Of a DNA stretch of 64,000 nt, positions 39,708 through 48,665 are shown piece after piece. How positions within the stretch are numbered: position 1 is the stretch's first letter; the number at the start of each line of letters is the position of its first letter. The notes beneath the pieces were generated by a model, which was given only the letters and a program-made list of their open reading frames with translations, did not search any database and was not told the DNA's origin. The DNA lies in IMG/VR virus record IMGVR_UViG_3300023174_000036, positions 292,313 to 356,312 of that record, one strand, 5' to 3'. Both the position numbers and the translations under genes were made by a program.

Positions 39708-41024
39708 TTAAGCAGATTTTTTATCTGTTCCTGAACCAAATAAACGCATTGCACTTTCAGCAAATCCCAATCTTTCAGGATAACTTTTTGGACTGGCCAC
39801 TTCATATTTGTTCATAATAATCTCAACACATTTTGCAAGATTATTTTTGTTAGCTTCTAATTCAGGCAATACGTGTTTGTATTTTCCAGTCAGCTCATGC
39901 CATGTGAAATCTAATTGCAATTCAAGATCATGCCATTTCTTTTTAAGTTTCTTTGCAAAATTAGCAAGATTTTGTAGCCTATCCATGCGCCATTGCACGA
40001 TACCTCTGGCATTTTCGTTTTTGTTGTGTGCGGCGGTATTAACTCTTGACTCAGTGTAAATATTTCCAACAAATGCCGCACACTGATTATCATTAAGTCC
40101 TTTGCCTTTGAAAAACTCAAATACATCGCTGGCCGAATCAACATTTCTTATTTCATATTTGCCTGAAGATCGTTTCTTGATTGGTGCAGGTGATGGTGCT
40201 GTATCTGGCTTTACATCTGGCTTTACATCTTGTTTGGGAGCTATTGCAGTACTACCACTTGATGGAATTGATATAACATCACCAGGATAAATTCGATCAG
40301 GGTTTTTAATTTGTTTATTGGCGGCAATCAAATCTGCCAATGCAACACCGTGAGCTTTGGCTATCTTAGTAAGATTGTCTCCAGATACCACAGTGTAATC
40401 GCCAGTAGAAACTTTTGGAGATTGATTTGGTTTAACAACATCAGGAGTAATTATGTCGGCTTTTGCAACATTAGAACCAGCCGCTAGCAATTTTTTATAA
40501 CCGCCATATGGGTGAATGCCATCGCCTTTTCCACTATGCATACCCGAGTCGTAGTCTTCTAATGGGCCAAGAAAAGTTGCGCCAAACGATTGTGCCATTG
40601 ATTCCAATCGTTCGTTAACTCCGGTTAAATCAACTCGATATTTTTTGCCGCCGGTCCAACTTGTTCCTGGAAATGCTATTGACTTAGTACTACCTGTTCC
40701 TACCAGTGCTACTGTTGCACCTGCAGCCTTGAGAGCTTTCAATTGGTCTTCAACTGGTTCCAATCCGCCATTACCTGTTTTTTTAATTCCACCTTCTAAT
40801 TCAATAGGAGAACTATTACTTGCTCCACTACTTAAGATAACAGTGGCACCTTTGGCTTTTCCAGATTTAATAAATGCATTAACTCGTTTTAAAACTTCAA
40901 CGGTGGATATGCCACCTTTTGCATAAGGCTCGCTGCCTCCAATACCAACAGCAATGCTATCACCTATGATAACAACAGACTGTTTATTTTCTTTTAAAAC
41001 TAATTTAAATTCTGTAAATCTCAT
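39708..41024 (-). CDS. SGNH-like + LysM + phage tail lysozyme-like protein
   Basis: IIGDSIAVG...DGIHP; YTVVSGDNLTKIA...NPDRIYPG; GNIYTES...GIVQW...QLDF. Confidence 0.82.
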   Translation of the reverse strand: MRFTEFKLVLKENKQSVVIIGDSIAVGIGGSEPYAKGGISTVEVLKRVNAFIKSGKAKGATVILSSGASNSSPIELEGGIKKTGNGGLEPVEDQLKALKAAGATVALVGTGSTKSIAFPGTSWTGGKKYRVDLTGVNERLESMAQSFGATFLGPLEDYDSGMHSGKGDGIHPYGGYKKLLAAGSNVAKADIITPDVVKPNQSPKVSTGDYTVVSGDNLTKIAKAHGVALADLIAANKQIKNPDRIYPGDVISIPSSGSTAIAPKQDVKPDVKPDTAPSPAPIKKRSSGKYEIRNVDSASDVFEFFKGKGLNDNQCAAFVGNIYTESRVNTAAHNKNENARGIVQWRMDRLQNLANFAKKLKKKWHDLELQLDFTWHELTGKYKHVLPELEANKNNLAKCVEIIMNKYEVASPKSYPERLGFAESAMRLFGSGTDKKSA

Positions 41025-42007
41025 CGTTGATTCTTCCTTGTGCCGTAGTCGGGCAAAGGCCCACCATACTTACGTCCCTTAATCTTTTTGCCGCCAACAG
41101 TCACACGTACTTTACGTTTACCAGCAGTAATTAAATGACTCTTCTCGCCGTCCCTTGCCCGGAGTCCTTGACTTTTACAACTGGCTAATTGGCTTGCACC
41201 TAACTCGTGATCAGGTTTGCCACCAGTACATAATGCACGACTTGCTTTGCCTTCTTCTGCCAAGTCATCTGGAGTATCAACACTTGCTACATATTGATCA
41301 GCATTGCCTTCAATATCCGCTTCAGCTCTTTTGTTTAGACTGGATGGTATACCTTTCTTTAATTTTTCAATATAGGCCTTAAATGCCGAAATACGTTCTG
41401 TTAATCCATTGGTGCCGCCATTAACTCTAACTGATACACCATGTATGTCGTTGGCGCGATAGTTGGGTCTGATAAATGTATTCCAGAACCACAATGCTGA
41501 ATCAGCGGCAACTTGTTTATTTGTTGCAACTAATTCAGGATTCTTAACAATATTTTTGCAGGAAGGAACTGCGGCCGCACATTTGGTATAATTCTCTCTA
41601 CCAGTCAAGTGCATGAATCCTCTGCCTTTGAATAAAGGTCCGTCGCCTCTGTATTTGTTACCAAGTATTAGTTTGCCTTCGTATGCAGAACCATCTGCCC
41701 ATTCTTCTAAACTAGTGAACCCAGCTGTTTCAACTTTGGACTGTGCCATAAAGTTAGCTAACTGTACGCCTTTGATGCCATCGGCTTTGGCTTTGGATTC
41801 AATGTATGCACCTAAGCCTTTAGGTTCCAATGCAACATGTATTGGCGGAGTTCCAGCAGGACGTTGAGGTTTAGCGTTATTAGGTTTAGGTGCGGGTGTG
41901 GCATTTTTAGACTGCGCCGTTAACCGGTTTGCTAAGTCGCCGATTGGATCCACGGTGTCTCTGGTAGGCCCATCTCTTTCAAATAAAATAAAATCTTTAG
42001 CTCTCAT
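41021..42007 (-). CDS. GH19 chitinase/lysozyme-like protein with basic C-terminal module
   Basis: FMAQSKVETAGF, FKGRGFMHLTGRENY, SALWFW, VNGGTNGLTER. Confidence 0.87.
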   Translation of the reverse strand: MRAKDFILFERDGPTRDTVDPIGDLANRLTAQSKNATPAPKPNNAKPQRPAGTPPIHVALEPKGLGAYIESKAKADGIKGVQLANFMAQSKVETAGFTSLEEWADGSAYEGKLILGNKYRGDGPLFKGRGFMHLTGRENYTKCAAAVPSCKNIVKNPELVATNKQVAADSALWFWNTFIRPNYRANDIHGVSVRVNGGTNGLTERISAFKAYIEKLKKGIPSSLNKRAEADIEGNADQYVASVDTPDDLAEEGKASRALCTGGKPDHELGASQLASCKSQGLRARDGEKSHLITAGKRKVRVTVGGKKIKGRKYGGPLPDYGTRKNQR

Positions 42008-42391
42008 TTAGACCCCGTATTGATTACGTTTTGGTTTGGATACAGGACTAACTGTATTAACATCTGTTTCTGTACTCTTACTACTGGCAATACGGGTAGC
42101 TTTAACTCCCATTAGTTTATCTGCAAGTCTAATAGTTTCTTCATCGTCGGGAGAAAATGTTATTAATGATAAGTTTTCTGCCCATGCACTTTCCTGATCA
42201 AAATCTATATCATGATCCTTGTTGGCTCTTGCCGCCGCTATTGCCATACCATAACGATATTGCATGTAAGGGTCTGTGTTACGCAAGTCTCGTTGTACAA
42301 ACGCACCAGGCAAACTGTTAGATACTTGTGCATCCACTTTGCCAAATTTACCGTGTAGTTTAGTTTCTGGAAGGAATTCTTTAGCTCGCAT
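42008..42391 (-). CDS. hypothetical protein with MRAKEF leader
   Basis: NTDPYMQYRYG, VNTVSPV..PKRNQYGV. Confidence 0.7.
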   Translation of the reverse strand: MRAKEFLPETKLHGKFGKVDAQVSNSLPGAFVQRDLRNTDPYMQYRYGMAIAAARANKDHDIDFDQESAWAENLSLITFSPDDEETIRLADKLMGVKATRIASSKSTETDVNTVSPVSKPKRNQYGV

Positions 42392-43038
42392 TATGCTGTG
42401 TTCCTCATAGGGTCTACTGGTCTACCAGCAACATGTGTTTCCCAATGTAAATGCGGTCCAGTGCTGTGTCCAGTATTGCCTGACAACGCAATCACTTCTC
42501 CAGCAGTAACCTGATCATTGGTTTGAACTAAAATTTTAGAAAGATGGAAGAATTTATGCACAACTCCGTCAGCATCCAGTATTACATAGTTGCCTTCACC
42601 ACTTTTCGAACTGCCAGCGCCGGTAACTACTCCATCCGCTGGCGCAACTACCTTGGTACCTGTAGGTACTGAAAAATCTGTACCGTTATGATTGCGGGCC
42701 GAGCCTACACTAGTTCTGTAACCGAATGGACTAGATACTGGCCCTTCAACTGGTACAATTGATGGTTCTTGTTTGCTTAATATCCTGCGAGCTGGGCGAT
42801 TCTTTTTTTCGTATGATTTAATTGCAAGAGGATCTGGTTTTTGAGTGTCTTTAGGATCTATGCCCTTGGCATAAGCATCTATAGCGGCTTGGGTATAAGG
42901 ACCTACAATGCCGTCTACACCGTCTCCATTGGGTCCGTACGGACCTAGATCATAGCCCAGATCTCGCAACTTTTCCTGAGTTTTTACAACGGCAGGGTCA
43001 CTAGTGGCTTCTAAAATAAGGAATTCTTTTGCTCTCAT
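42391..43038 (-). CDS. PG-binding domain + M23 metallopeptidase
   Basis: DGIVGPYT; HNGTD, HLS, GNTGHSTGPHLH. Confidence 0.9.
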   Translation of the reverse strand: MRAKEFLILEATSDPAVVKTQEKLRDLGYDLGPYGPNGDGVDGIVGPYTQAAIDAYAKGIDPKDTQKPDPLAIKSYEKKNRPARRILSKQEPSIVPVEGPVSSPFGYRTSVGSARNHNGTDFSVPTGTKVVAPADGVVTGAGSSKSGEGNYVILDADGVVHKFFHLSKILVQTNDQVTAGEVIALSGNTGHSTGPHLHWETHVAGRPVDPMRNTA

Positions 43039-43859
43039 AATTTATATTTATCAAGCCATTCCTCCAAAGTGATCCAACGCTGGGTTCCTATGCTGTCTTC
43101 TAACTTAGATGTGTCTGAACAAGTGTATGTTTGATAGCTGGATTTGAGAATTTCAGGCATTTCTATGTATTCTATGGAAGAATCATACTTTCTACTGATT
43201 AAATCTGCAACATGTTGAAAACTAATAGCTTTACCAGTTCCAATGTTCCATACACCAGAATCTTTGACACGTTTGATATATTCTACGTGTACCCTACAGA
43301 TATCCTCAACAGCAATAAAATCACGTAGGTAATTATCACTGTTGTGAAATAGTTTAATCTTACCAGACTCTGCTTGTTTGCTGAATTGGCTTACAGGACT
43401 GCCTTGATTACCTTTGTGTTCTTCTTGGTTGCCGTACACATTAAAATATCGGAAACCTTGTACTATATTGCCGCCTTGGTGTTGCTTGTGATAATATTCA
43501 CACAGGTACTTGCTCCATGCGTATGGCGTACGGGGATCTGGCATTGCTGTTTCTTTAAAGTCTGTGCCAAATCCGTAAACACTTGCACTACTGCTGTATT
43601 GAAAATTAACGCCGTATGTTTTACAAGCATTGAACAACTGTCTAGTAAAGTCTACATTTTGTCGCATTACTTTATCTAAATCGCGTTCTGTTGTACTGCT
43701 GATTGCACCTATATGTATTACCCAATCTTGTTCCATTACACTGGGCATGTTGCTGTCACCCCATTCATATAGATCCACACTCCAGTCTGTGTTGTCGTAG
43801 ATGTACTGCACTAAATTTTGTCCTATGAATCCTTTGTAACCAGTTACCAATACTCTCAT
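43035..43859 (-). CDS. hldD: ADP-L-glycero-D-manno-heptose 6-epimerase-like (copy 1)
   Basis: TGYKGFIG, GAISSTTE, YSSSASVYG, YAWSK, FRYFNVYG..EEHKG, YQTYTCSD. Confidence 0.85.
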   Translation of the reverse strand: MRVLVTGYKGFIGQNLVQYIYDNTDWSVDLYEWGDSNMPSVMEQDWVIHIGAISSTTERDLDKVMRQNVDFTRQLFNACKTYGVNFQYSSSASVYGFGTDFKETAMPDPRTPYAWSKYLCEYYHKQHQGGNIVQGFRYFNVYGNQEEHKGNQGSPVSQFSKQAESGKIKLFHNSDNYLRDFIAVEDICRVHVEYIKRVKDSGVWNIGTGKAISFQHVADLISRKYDSSIEYIEMPEILKSSYQTYTCSDTSKLEDSIGTQRWITLEEWLDKYKL

Positions 43860-44596
43860 TGTATTTCCTCTAGTGTAGGAGCATGTACTCCAAAATGTTG
43901 TACAGTAACCGCACTTGCCTTGATGGCAAAGTTAATTGACTGTAGCAAGTTTTTTGTGTTGATATATTGATATGCAAATGCCGCAAGGAATGTATCTCCT
44001 GCACCTGTAACATCACTGACTTCTACATTGGGAGCAGGACATGTAATATCATGATGCAGTACACTTGCACCACTTGCCCCATGTGTAACAATCAATCCAG
44101 AACATTCGCTAGTAATCTTACTGTATTCTAAATCATTAATCTTTACCCATGCGCCTTGCATACGGGCTAAGTCTGTTTTCTTTGTATCAACAAATACAGG
44201 AATTTTAGTTGCAATCAGTTCCTCTATTAGTTCGTAAGTCACTGTGCCTTTATTGTAATCGCTGACTATAATAGCATCATATACATTGGGTATAGCTGTA
44301 GCAAATGTTAATGGATCAGACTTAATGTCATTGTCAATACGAACAATCTGTTGTTTGCTACGTGCATCAATAATTCTAGTCTTGGTACTAGTTTCGCCGT
44401 GCAAATAATTAACATAGCAACCCAATGCTTCCAAATTATTGGCCACATTGCCGGCCATGCCGTCACGGGTTTCTGTGTAAGTAGGAACAAATACCGGAAC
44501 CGGAGCTTCTGGACTTAGTCTGTCTATTGTGCCGTATTGGTAGATGTCTTTACAGTTGTCACCTACTAATAATATTTTGAATTGTGTTTGTTGTTG
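43856..44596 (-). CDS. heptose-7-phosphate kinase (RfaE/HldE domain I, PfkB family)
   Basis: RLSPEAPVPV, GMAGNVA.NL, SDYNKG, DVTGAGDTF. Confidence 0.88.
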   Translation of the reverse strand, partial: QQQTQFKILLVGDNCKDIYQYGTIDRLSPEAPVPVFVPTYTETRDGMAGNVANNLEALGCYVNYLHGETSTKTRIIDARSKQQIVRIDNDIKSDPLTFATAIPNVYDAIIVSDYNKGTVTYELIEELIATKIPVFVDTKKTDLARMQGAWVKINDLEYSKITSECSGLIVTHGASGASVLHHDITCPAPNVEVSDVTGAGDTFLAAFAYQYINTKNLLQSINFAIKASAVTVQHFGVHAPTLEEIQ

Positions 44597-44960
44597 AGTA
44601 TTCGCCGACTCTGTCATAATAAATTACCTGTTTGCAATATTGTTCTGCGGTGGATTTCTTATCGTGCTTCCAGTCACTGCCTTTAACATAGACATCTGGT
44701 TTGTATAATTCCATTAGTTTAACTAGTTCTTCTGTACTGTCAAAGAACACAACAATATCCACAGCTTTGAGATTACTCAACATTATCTTTCGATCTGTTT
44801 GATTGTTGATTGGACGCTTATCGCCTTTGAGTTCTTTGACTCGTCTATCTGTATCGATAGCTACAACTAACCAATCTCCATAACTACGTGCGGTGTTTAA
44901 CAAGGCAACGTGTCCCGGATGTAACACATCAAATGTACCATTGACCATTACTGTTGTCAT
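44559..44960 (-). CDS. heptose-1-phosphate adenylyltransferase (RfaE/HldE domain II)
   Basis: NGTFDVLHPGH, LKGDKRPIN, VKGSDW, YSTT. Confidence 0.88.
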   Translation of the reverse strand: MTTVMVNGTFDVLHPGHVALLNTARSYGDWLVVAIDTDRRVKELKGDKRPINNQTDRKIMLSNLKAVDIVVFFDSTEELVKLMELYKPDVYVKGSDWKHDKKSTAEQYCKQVIYYDRVGEYSTTNTIQNIISR

Positions 44961-45371
44961 TTATGACTTTCGTTTACGATTAGTTCGTTTGACAGCTGGC
45001 GCAGTGCTTGCTGGTTTGGCTTGACTATCACCGGGCATCACTCGGTAGTTGTCTTCCACACTGTCAGGAGTACTGACTTCAATTATGATACCTTGTTTGA
45101 TACAGATCAACTGATGCGGCTCCAGTGGAAAGTTTCTCCAAGTATCACCTTCATTAAGTATCTTGCTGTGCATACTTGCATCTTTGGTATCGATATACTT
45201 TACTTCAAACTGGCCTTCTAACACAAACCAAGTTTCGTCTTTCTCATCATGAAAGTGCATACTGAACTTTGCACCTTGTTTGAAGTACATGAGTTTACCG
45301 CAATATAAATCGTTGGTGGCAAATATCAGTTCGCCGCCCCATCCTTTTTCAACTTGTCCTTCAAGTCTCAT
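44961..45371 (-). CDS. cupin sugar isomerase-like protein
   Basis: KGWGGELI, SMHFH..KDETW, EVSTPDSVEDNYR. Confidence 0.75.
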   Translation of the reverse strand: MRLEGQVEKGWGGELIFATNDLYCGKLMYFKQGAKFSMHFHDEKDETWFVLEGQFEVKYIDTKDASMHSKILNEGDTWRNFPLEPHQLICIKQGIIIEVSTPDSVEDNYRVMPGDSQAKPASTAPAVKRTNRKRKS

Positions 45372-46185
45372 AATGTAACCACTCGAATACGTTTAACCAT
45401 TTTCTTTTTCCTATTGTCTCTTTTAGTTTAGTAAGATCTGCTTGCGTCTTCCAACGCATAGACTTGGCATACTCAGCACTTACAGGTTCAAATTCAATAG
45501 AGACCTTTTCCTGCTCTGCTATTTCTTCCGCAATATCTAAGAAACTGTGTGACAGTCCAGTACCTACATTCCATATGCCCGAACCATTCACTGTTTTTAT
45601 AAAATCTATCTGTAGTCGACACACATCTCCGACCCATGTCCAATCACGTTTTACTGTTTCGGCATTTTCCCAAACTGTGATCTTGCCTTCCTTACGAGCT
45701 TGTTCTCTCCATTTGTGTATAACATTGGACCGCTTGTCACGCAGGTGCATGTACTTGCCGTACACATTGAAGTATCTAAATCCCTGCACCATCACATGTT
45801 GCTCTTGTTGGAACACCCAACGATCAAATAGATATTTGCTCCATGCGTAAGGTGTATCGGGTTTGCACGGAGCATACTCGCTGAAGTCTTTGGTGTCACC
45901 GTACACACTACTTGAACTGGCATATTGCAAGTGTACGCCATGTCTATTACATTCTTCAAACAGCCATTGGCTAAACTCATAATTTTGTATCATGACTGCA
46001 TCAATATCCTTGGCAGTCATATCGGCTACGGCGCCCAAATGTATGACCCAGTCATACTCAATTACATTTGGTTTGCTTTTTGGATCCCAGTCCCATCCTT
46101 CAACTTGCCATCCTTCTTCAGCATGGCACCAGTCCATCATGTTTCGGCCAATGAACCCTTTGTAGCCCGTTATCAAAATCTTCAT
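45361..46185 (-). CDS. hldD: ADP-heptose 6-epimerase-like (copy 2)
   Basis: TGYKGFIG, YASSSSVYG, YAWSKYLFD, FRYFNVYG. Confidence 0.8.
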   Translation of the reverse strand: MKILITGYKGFIGRNMMDWCHAEEGWQVEGWDWDPKSKPNVIEYDWVIHLGAVADMTAKDIDAVMIQNYEFSQWLFEECNRHGVHLQYASSSSVYGDTKDFSEYAPCKPDTPYAWSKYLFDRWVFQQEQHVMVQGFRYFNVYGKYMHLRDKRSNVIHKWREQARKEGKITVWENAETVKRDWTWVGDVCRLQIDFIKTVNGSGIWNVGTGLSHSFLDIAEEIAEQEKVSIEFEPVSAEYAKSMRWKTQADLTKLKETIGKRKWLNVFEWLHYET

Positions 46186-46208
46186 GTTAACCCTTTAACG
46201 CTAGGTAT

Positions 46209-46382
46209 TTATTGAGCGTTGTCTTCTTGGGACTTTTTTGTTTGGTAACGATATTCGCGTTTTAGCCAATATTTGTATTGGTCCCAATAACGCTGTTTGG
46301 TGACAGGACGTTCGTGGTATTCCATGTTCTCGTCACAATTTTGTAACCAAAGCTCGTGTACCCAATGTCTGAAATTTGTCAT
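46209..46382 (-). CDS. conserved small phage protein
   Basis: FRHWVHELWLQNCDE...YKYWLKREYR; start reassigned. Confidence 0.6.
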   Translation of the reverse strand: MTNFRHWVHELWLQNCDENMEYHERPVTKQRYWDQYKYWLKREYRYQTKKSQEDNAQ

Positions 46383-46489
46383 ATGCAAATTGTCCTTGTT
46401 TGTATTGTGTACTCGGGGATTTCTATATAACTCAGCCCAACCAAAAAGATAGCTGTGGCCAGTAGAAAGCCCAAGAAAAAGTTTTTCAT
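46379..46489 (-). CDS. 36-aa membrane peptide (not in ORF track)
   Basis: MKNFFLGFLLATAIFLVGLSYIEIPEYTIQTRTICI; ATGA overlaps on both sides. Confidence 0.55.
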   Translation of the reverse strand: MKNFFLGFLLATAIFLVGLSYIEIPEYTIQTRTICI

Positions 46490-46836
46490 GCCAATTCCAA
46501 TTCCTTAATGTGTTTGCAATTGCCTCGGAATGTATAACCTGGGCAAGTACAAGTATTCTCATCCAAGTCAACAATGTACTTTTGGCCTTTGCTACCTGTT
46601 ACTTCTTTTATGTTGCTAGGAGTAAGCACATTCATACTCATATTAAACATAGTATCACTGACCCGCTCAAACTTTCGGCCACTGCGACTAAAACCTTTGA
46701 TTGGATTTTTAAACCAAAATGGTTCAGTTGTGCCGTAACGAATGTAGGCAACCATTTTGTCGCCGTCCAGTAGATATGTGTGATTGACCGCAGTTTTGCC
46801 ATCTGCCCAAACTGTGATTTCTTTAACTGCTTCCAT
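46486..46836 (-). CDS. SWIM zinc-finger protein
   Basis: GSKGQKYIV...CTCPGYTFRGNCKH. Confidence 0.8.
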   Translation of the reverse strand: MEAVKEITVWADGKTAVNHTYLLDGDKMVAYIRYGTTEPFWFKNPIKGFSRSGRKFERVSDTMFNMSMNVLTPSNIKEVTGSKGQKYIVDLDENTCTCPGYTFRGNCKHIKELELA

Positions 46837-46867
46837 GAGTAACCCCGGGTGTGTTGTACTTGTAGTT

Positions 46868-46947
46868 ATTATATAACATATCTTCTTGATAGTCAAAAGG
46901 TTTGTTAGCCAAATTAGATTGACTAAGAACAATAGCTAATATATAAT
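46868..46947. promoter_or_regulatory. divergent sigma70 promoter pair at the strand switch
   Basis: Minus: TTGACT(46896)-17-TATAAT(46873); plus: TTGACT(46919)-17-TATAAT(46942). Confidence 0.85.
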
Positions 46948-47032
46948 AGCGACATGTACAGCAGTTCCGCTGTGCATATGGTCGTGTAAGACCGAACAAA
47001 TGGGCAAGATGCCCGCAAAAAAGGAAACTAAA

Positions 47033-48196
47033 ATGACAGCACTAACTCACGCTCAAATTGTCAATGGGCGATATCTCAACAGCACCTCTAACTTCATATC
47101 GTTACAGCAACGACTAAATGAAGCATTGAAATTTGCTCCAATGTTTGCTCCAATGTTGGTAGCAGTGGTGGACGAATTCAAACGCAGACATTCTGAATGG
47201 CAACAATTTAAAGATTTGGAACTGTGTAAGGCTATTCAGGTCAATATGGATAAAATCCTTATTGATACTACAATGCAACGTAGTTTGAATATGCGACACA
47301 TTTTGAATATTCTGCAGAACTTCCGTAGTACAATGACTATGGCTATTCAAGTATATGTAGACGAAAACAAACCTGGTTATTATATTGCATGGGATGGACA
47401 GCACACTGCCATTGCACTCTACATTATCCTTACCAAAGTGTTTGGTGAGCAAACAGCAAAGGCAATGATTCCAGTTGTTGTTTATAATGTCAAGCACAAA
47501 TTAGAAATCCGTCGTAACTTTATTTTGTTGAACGGCGAAGCCAAACAAGAATTAGATTTTATTGACATCTATTGCCAGATGGTAAATGGTGCCAAAGTTG
47601 ACGGCGCTACTGATACTGAATGGACAGACACAGCACTCAAGAACGATTACCTTGCGGCCGCAGGCTTGTTTGCCACACACAGCAAATTGGGCGATGACGA
47701 CCAGCCTGGTGCATTTACCTTGCTGGCTGACACACTGATGAGCAAGAGCTTGAAGACTCGCAAGCATCCAGAAGTTACTCGTATGTTTGCACGTTATTGG
47801 AGTTTCTTAAATGAACAGCGTCCTGTAGAACCCAAGGAAGCTAGACAGTTGTATGAGTATTTCAATCTTTGCTATGAACAGGATATTGATGTAGACGACA
47901 CATACCTGTTGGAGTTTGTTAACTTTACCAAACAAAACTTTGCCGCTGACTTTAGTCCGTCTAGTCCGTTTTGGGATAAGGTACAAACAGCATATAAGAA
48001 TTGGTACAGAGCCGCTAACAAGAACAGCACCGATGTTGATTCCAACGGTGATGTAATTGTTAGAGGATTTACAACAGAAATGCGTACAGGCATTCCGTTT
48101 TTGATTGCTCAACTCAAGAAGAGTACCAAACTCAAAGTGCCCAAGTTTATTCCCAACAATGGCTTTACTGTAGTTAACAAAGCGGACTTGTGGTAA
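47033..48196 (+). CDS. ParB/Srx-like (DGQH) domain protein
   Basis: ILIDTTMQR...IQVY...YIAWDGQHT; AAGGA SD. Confidence 0.65.
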   Translation: MTALTHAQIVNGRYLNSTSNFISLQQRLNEALKFAPMFAPMLVAVVDEFKRRHSEWQQFKDLELCKAIQVNMDKILIDTTMQRSLNMRHILNILQNFRSTMTMAIQVYVDENKPGYYIAWDGQHTAIALYIILTKVFGEQTAKAMIPVVVYNVKHKLEIRRNFILLNGEAKQELDFIDIYCQMVNGAKVDGATDTEWTDTALKNDYLAAAGLFATHSKLGDDDQPGAFTLLADTLMSKSLKTRKHPEVTRMFARYWSFLNEQRPVEPKEARQLYEYFNLCYEQDIDVDDTYLLEFVNFTKQNFAADFSPSSPFWDKVQTAYKNWYRAANKNSTDVDSNGDVIVRGFTTEMRTGIPFLIAQLKKSTKLKVPKFIPNNGFTVVNKADLW

Positions 48197-48197
48197 T

Positions 48198-48665
48198 ATG
48201 ACTACACTACGTGATCCTAGCAAAGACAAGTTAAAGGGTCAAAGTGTCCTCAAGGAACAGATTCGACACAATCGAATCTGTTGCATGGACGGATGTAAAA
48301 ATCCTCTGTCCATGTTTGAGGGCCCTGGCAGTGACATCTTATGTAGAGAACACAGCCTCAAACTTGTTGAATATGGTGGCCCTGGTAAGATTGATAGACT
48401 GCACACATTACATCGTAAATGGATTTGTGATGATTGCGGTATAGATGTATCTGAACAGGTTAGACTAAAATATCCCACACTGGAAACAACTAGCCCTGTG
48501 CTGTTTAATAGACTGTGTCGTAATCGTATTATCGGCGACCATCAAGTTAGACAAGCAGATGGCGGTGATGACTCTGAAGAGAATATTCGATCCTTGTGTT
48601 TGAATTGTAACTCGGATAAGACTATTATCAATGAAGATTGGCGCAAAGGAACTGAACCAAAATGA
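48198..48665 (+). CDS. Zn-binding HNH nuclease
   Basis: CDDCG, GDHQVRQADGGDDSEENIRSLCLNCN. Confidence 0.8.
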   Translation: MTTLRDPSKDKLKGQSVLKEQIRHNRICCMDGCKNPLSMFEGPGSDILCREHSLKLVEYGGPGKIDRLHTLHRKWICDDCGIDVSEQVRLKYPTLETTSPVLFNRLCRNRIIGDHQVRQADGGDDSEENIRSLCLNCNSDKTIINEDWRKGTEPK

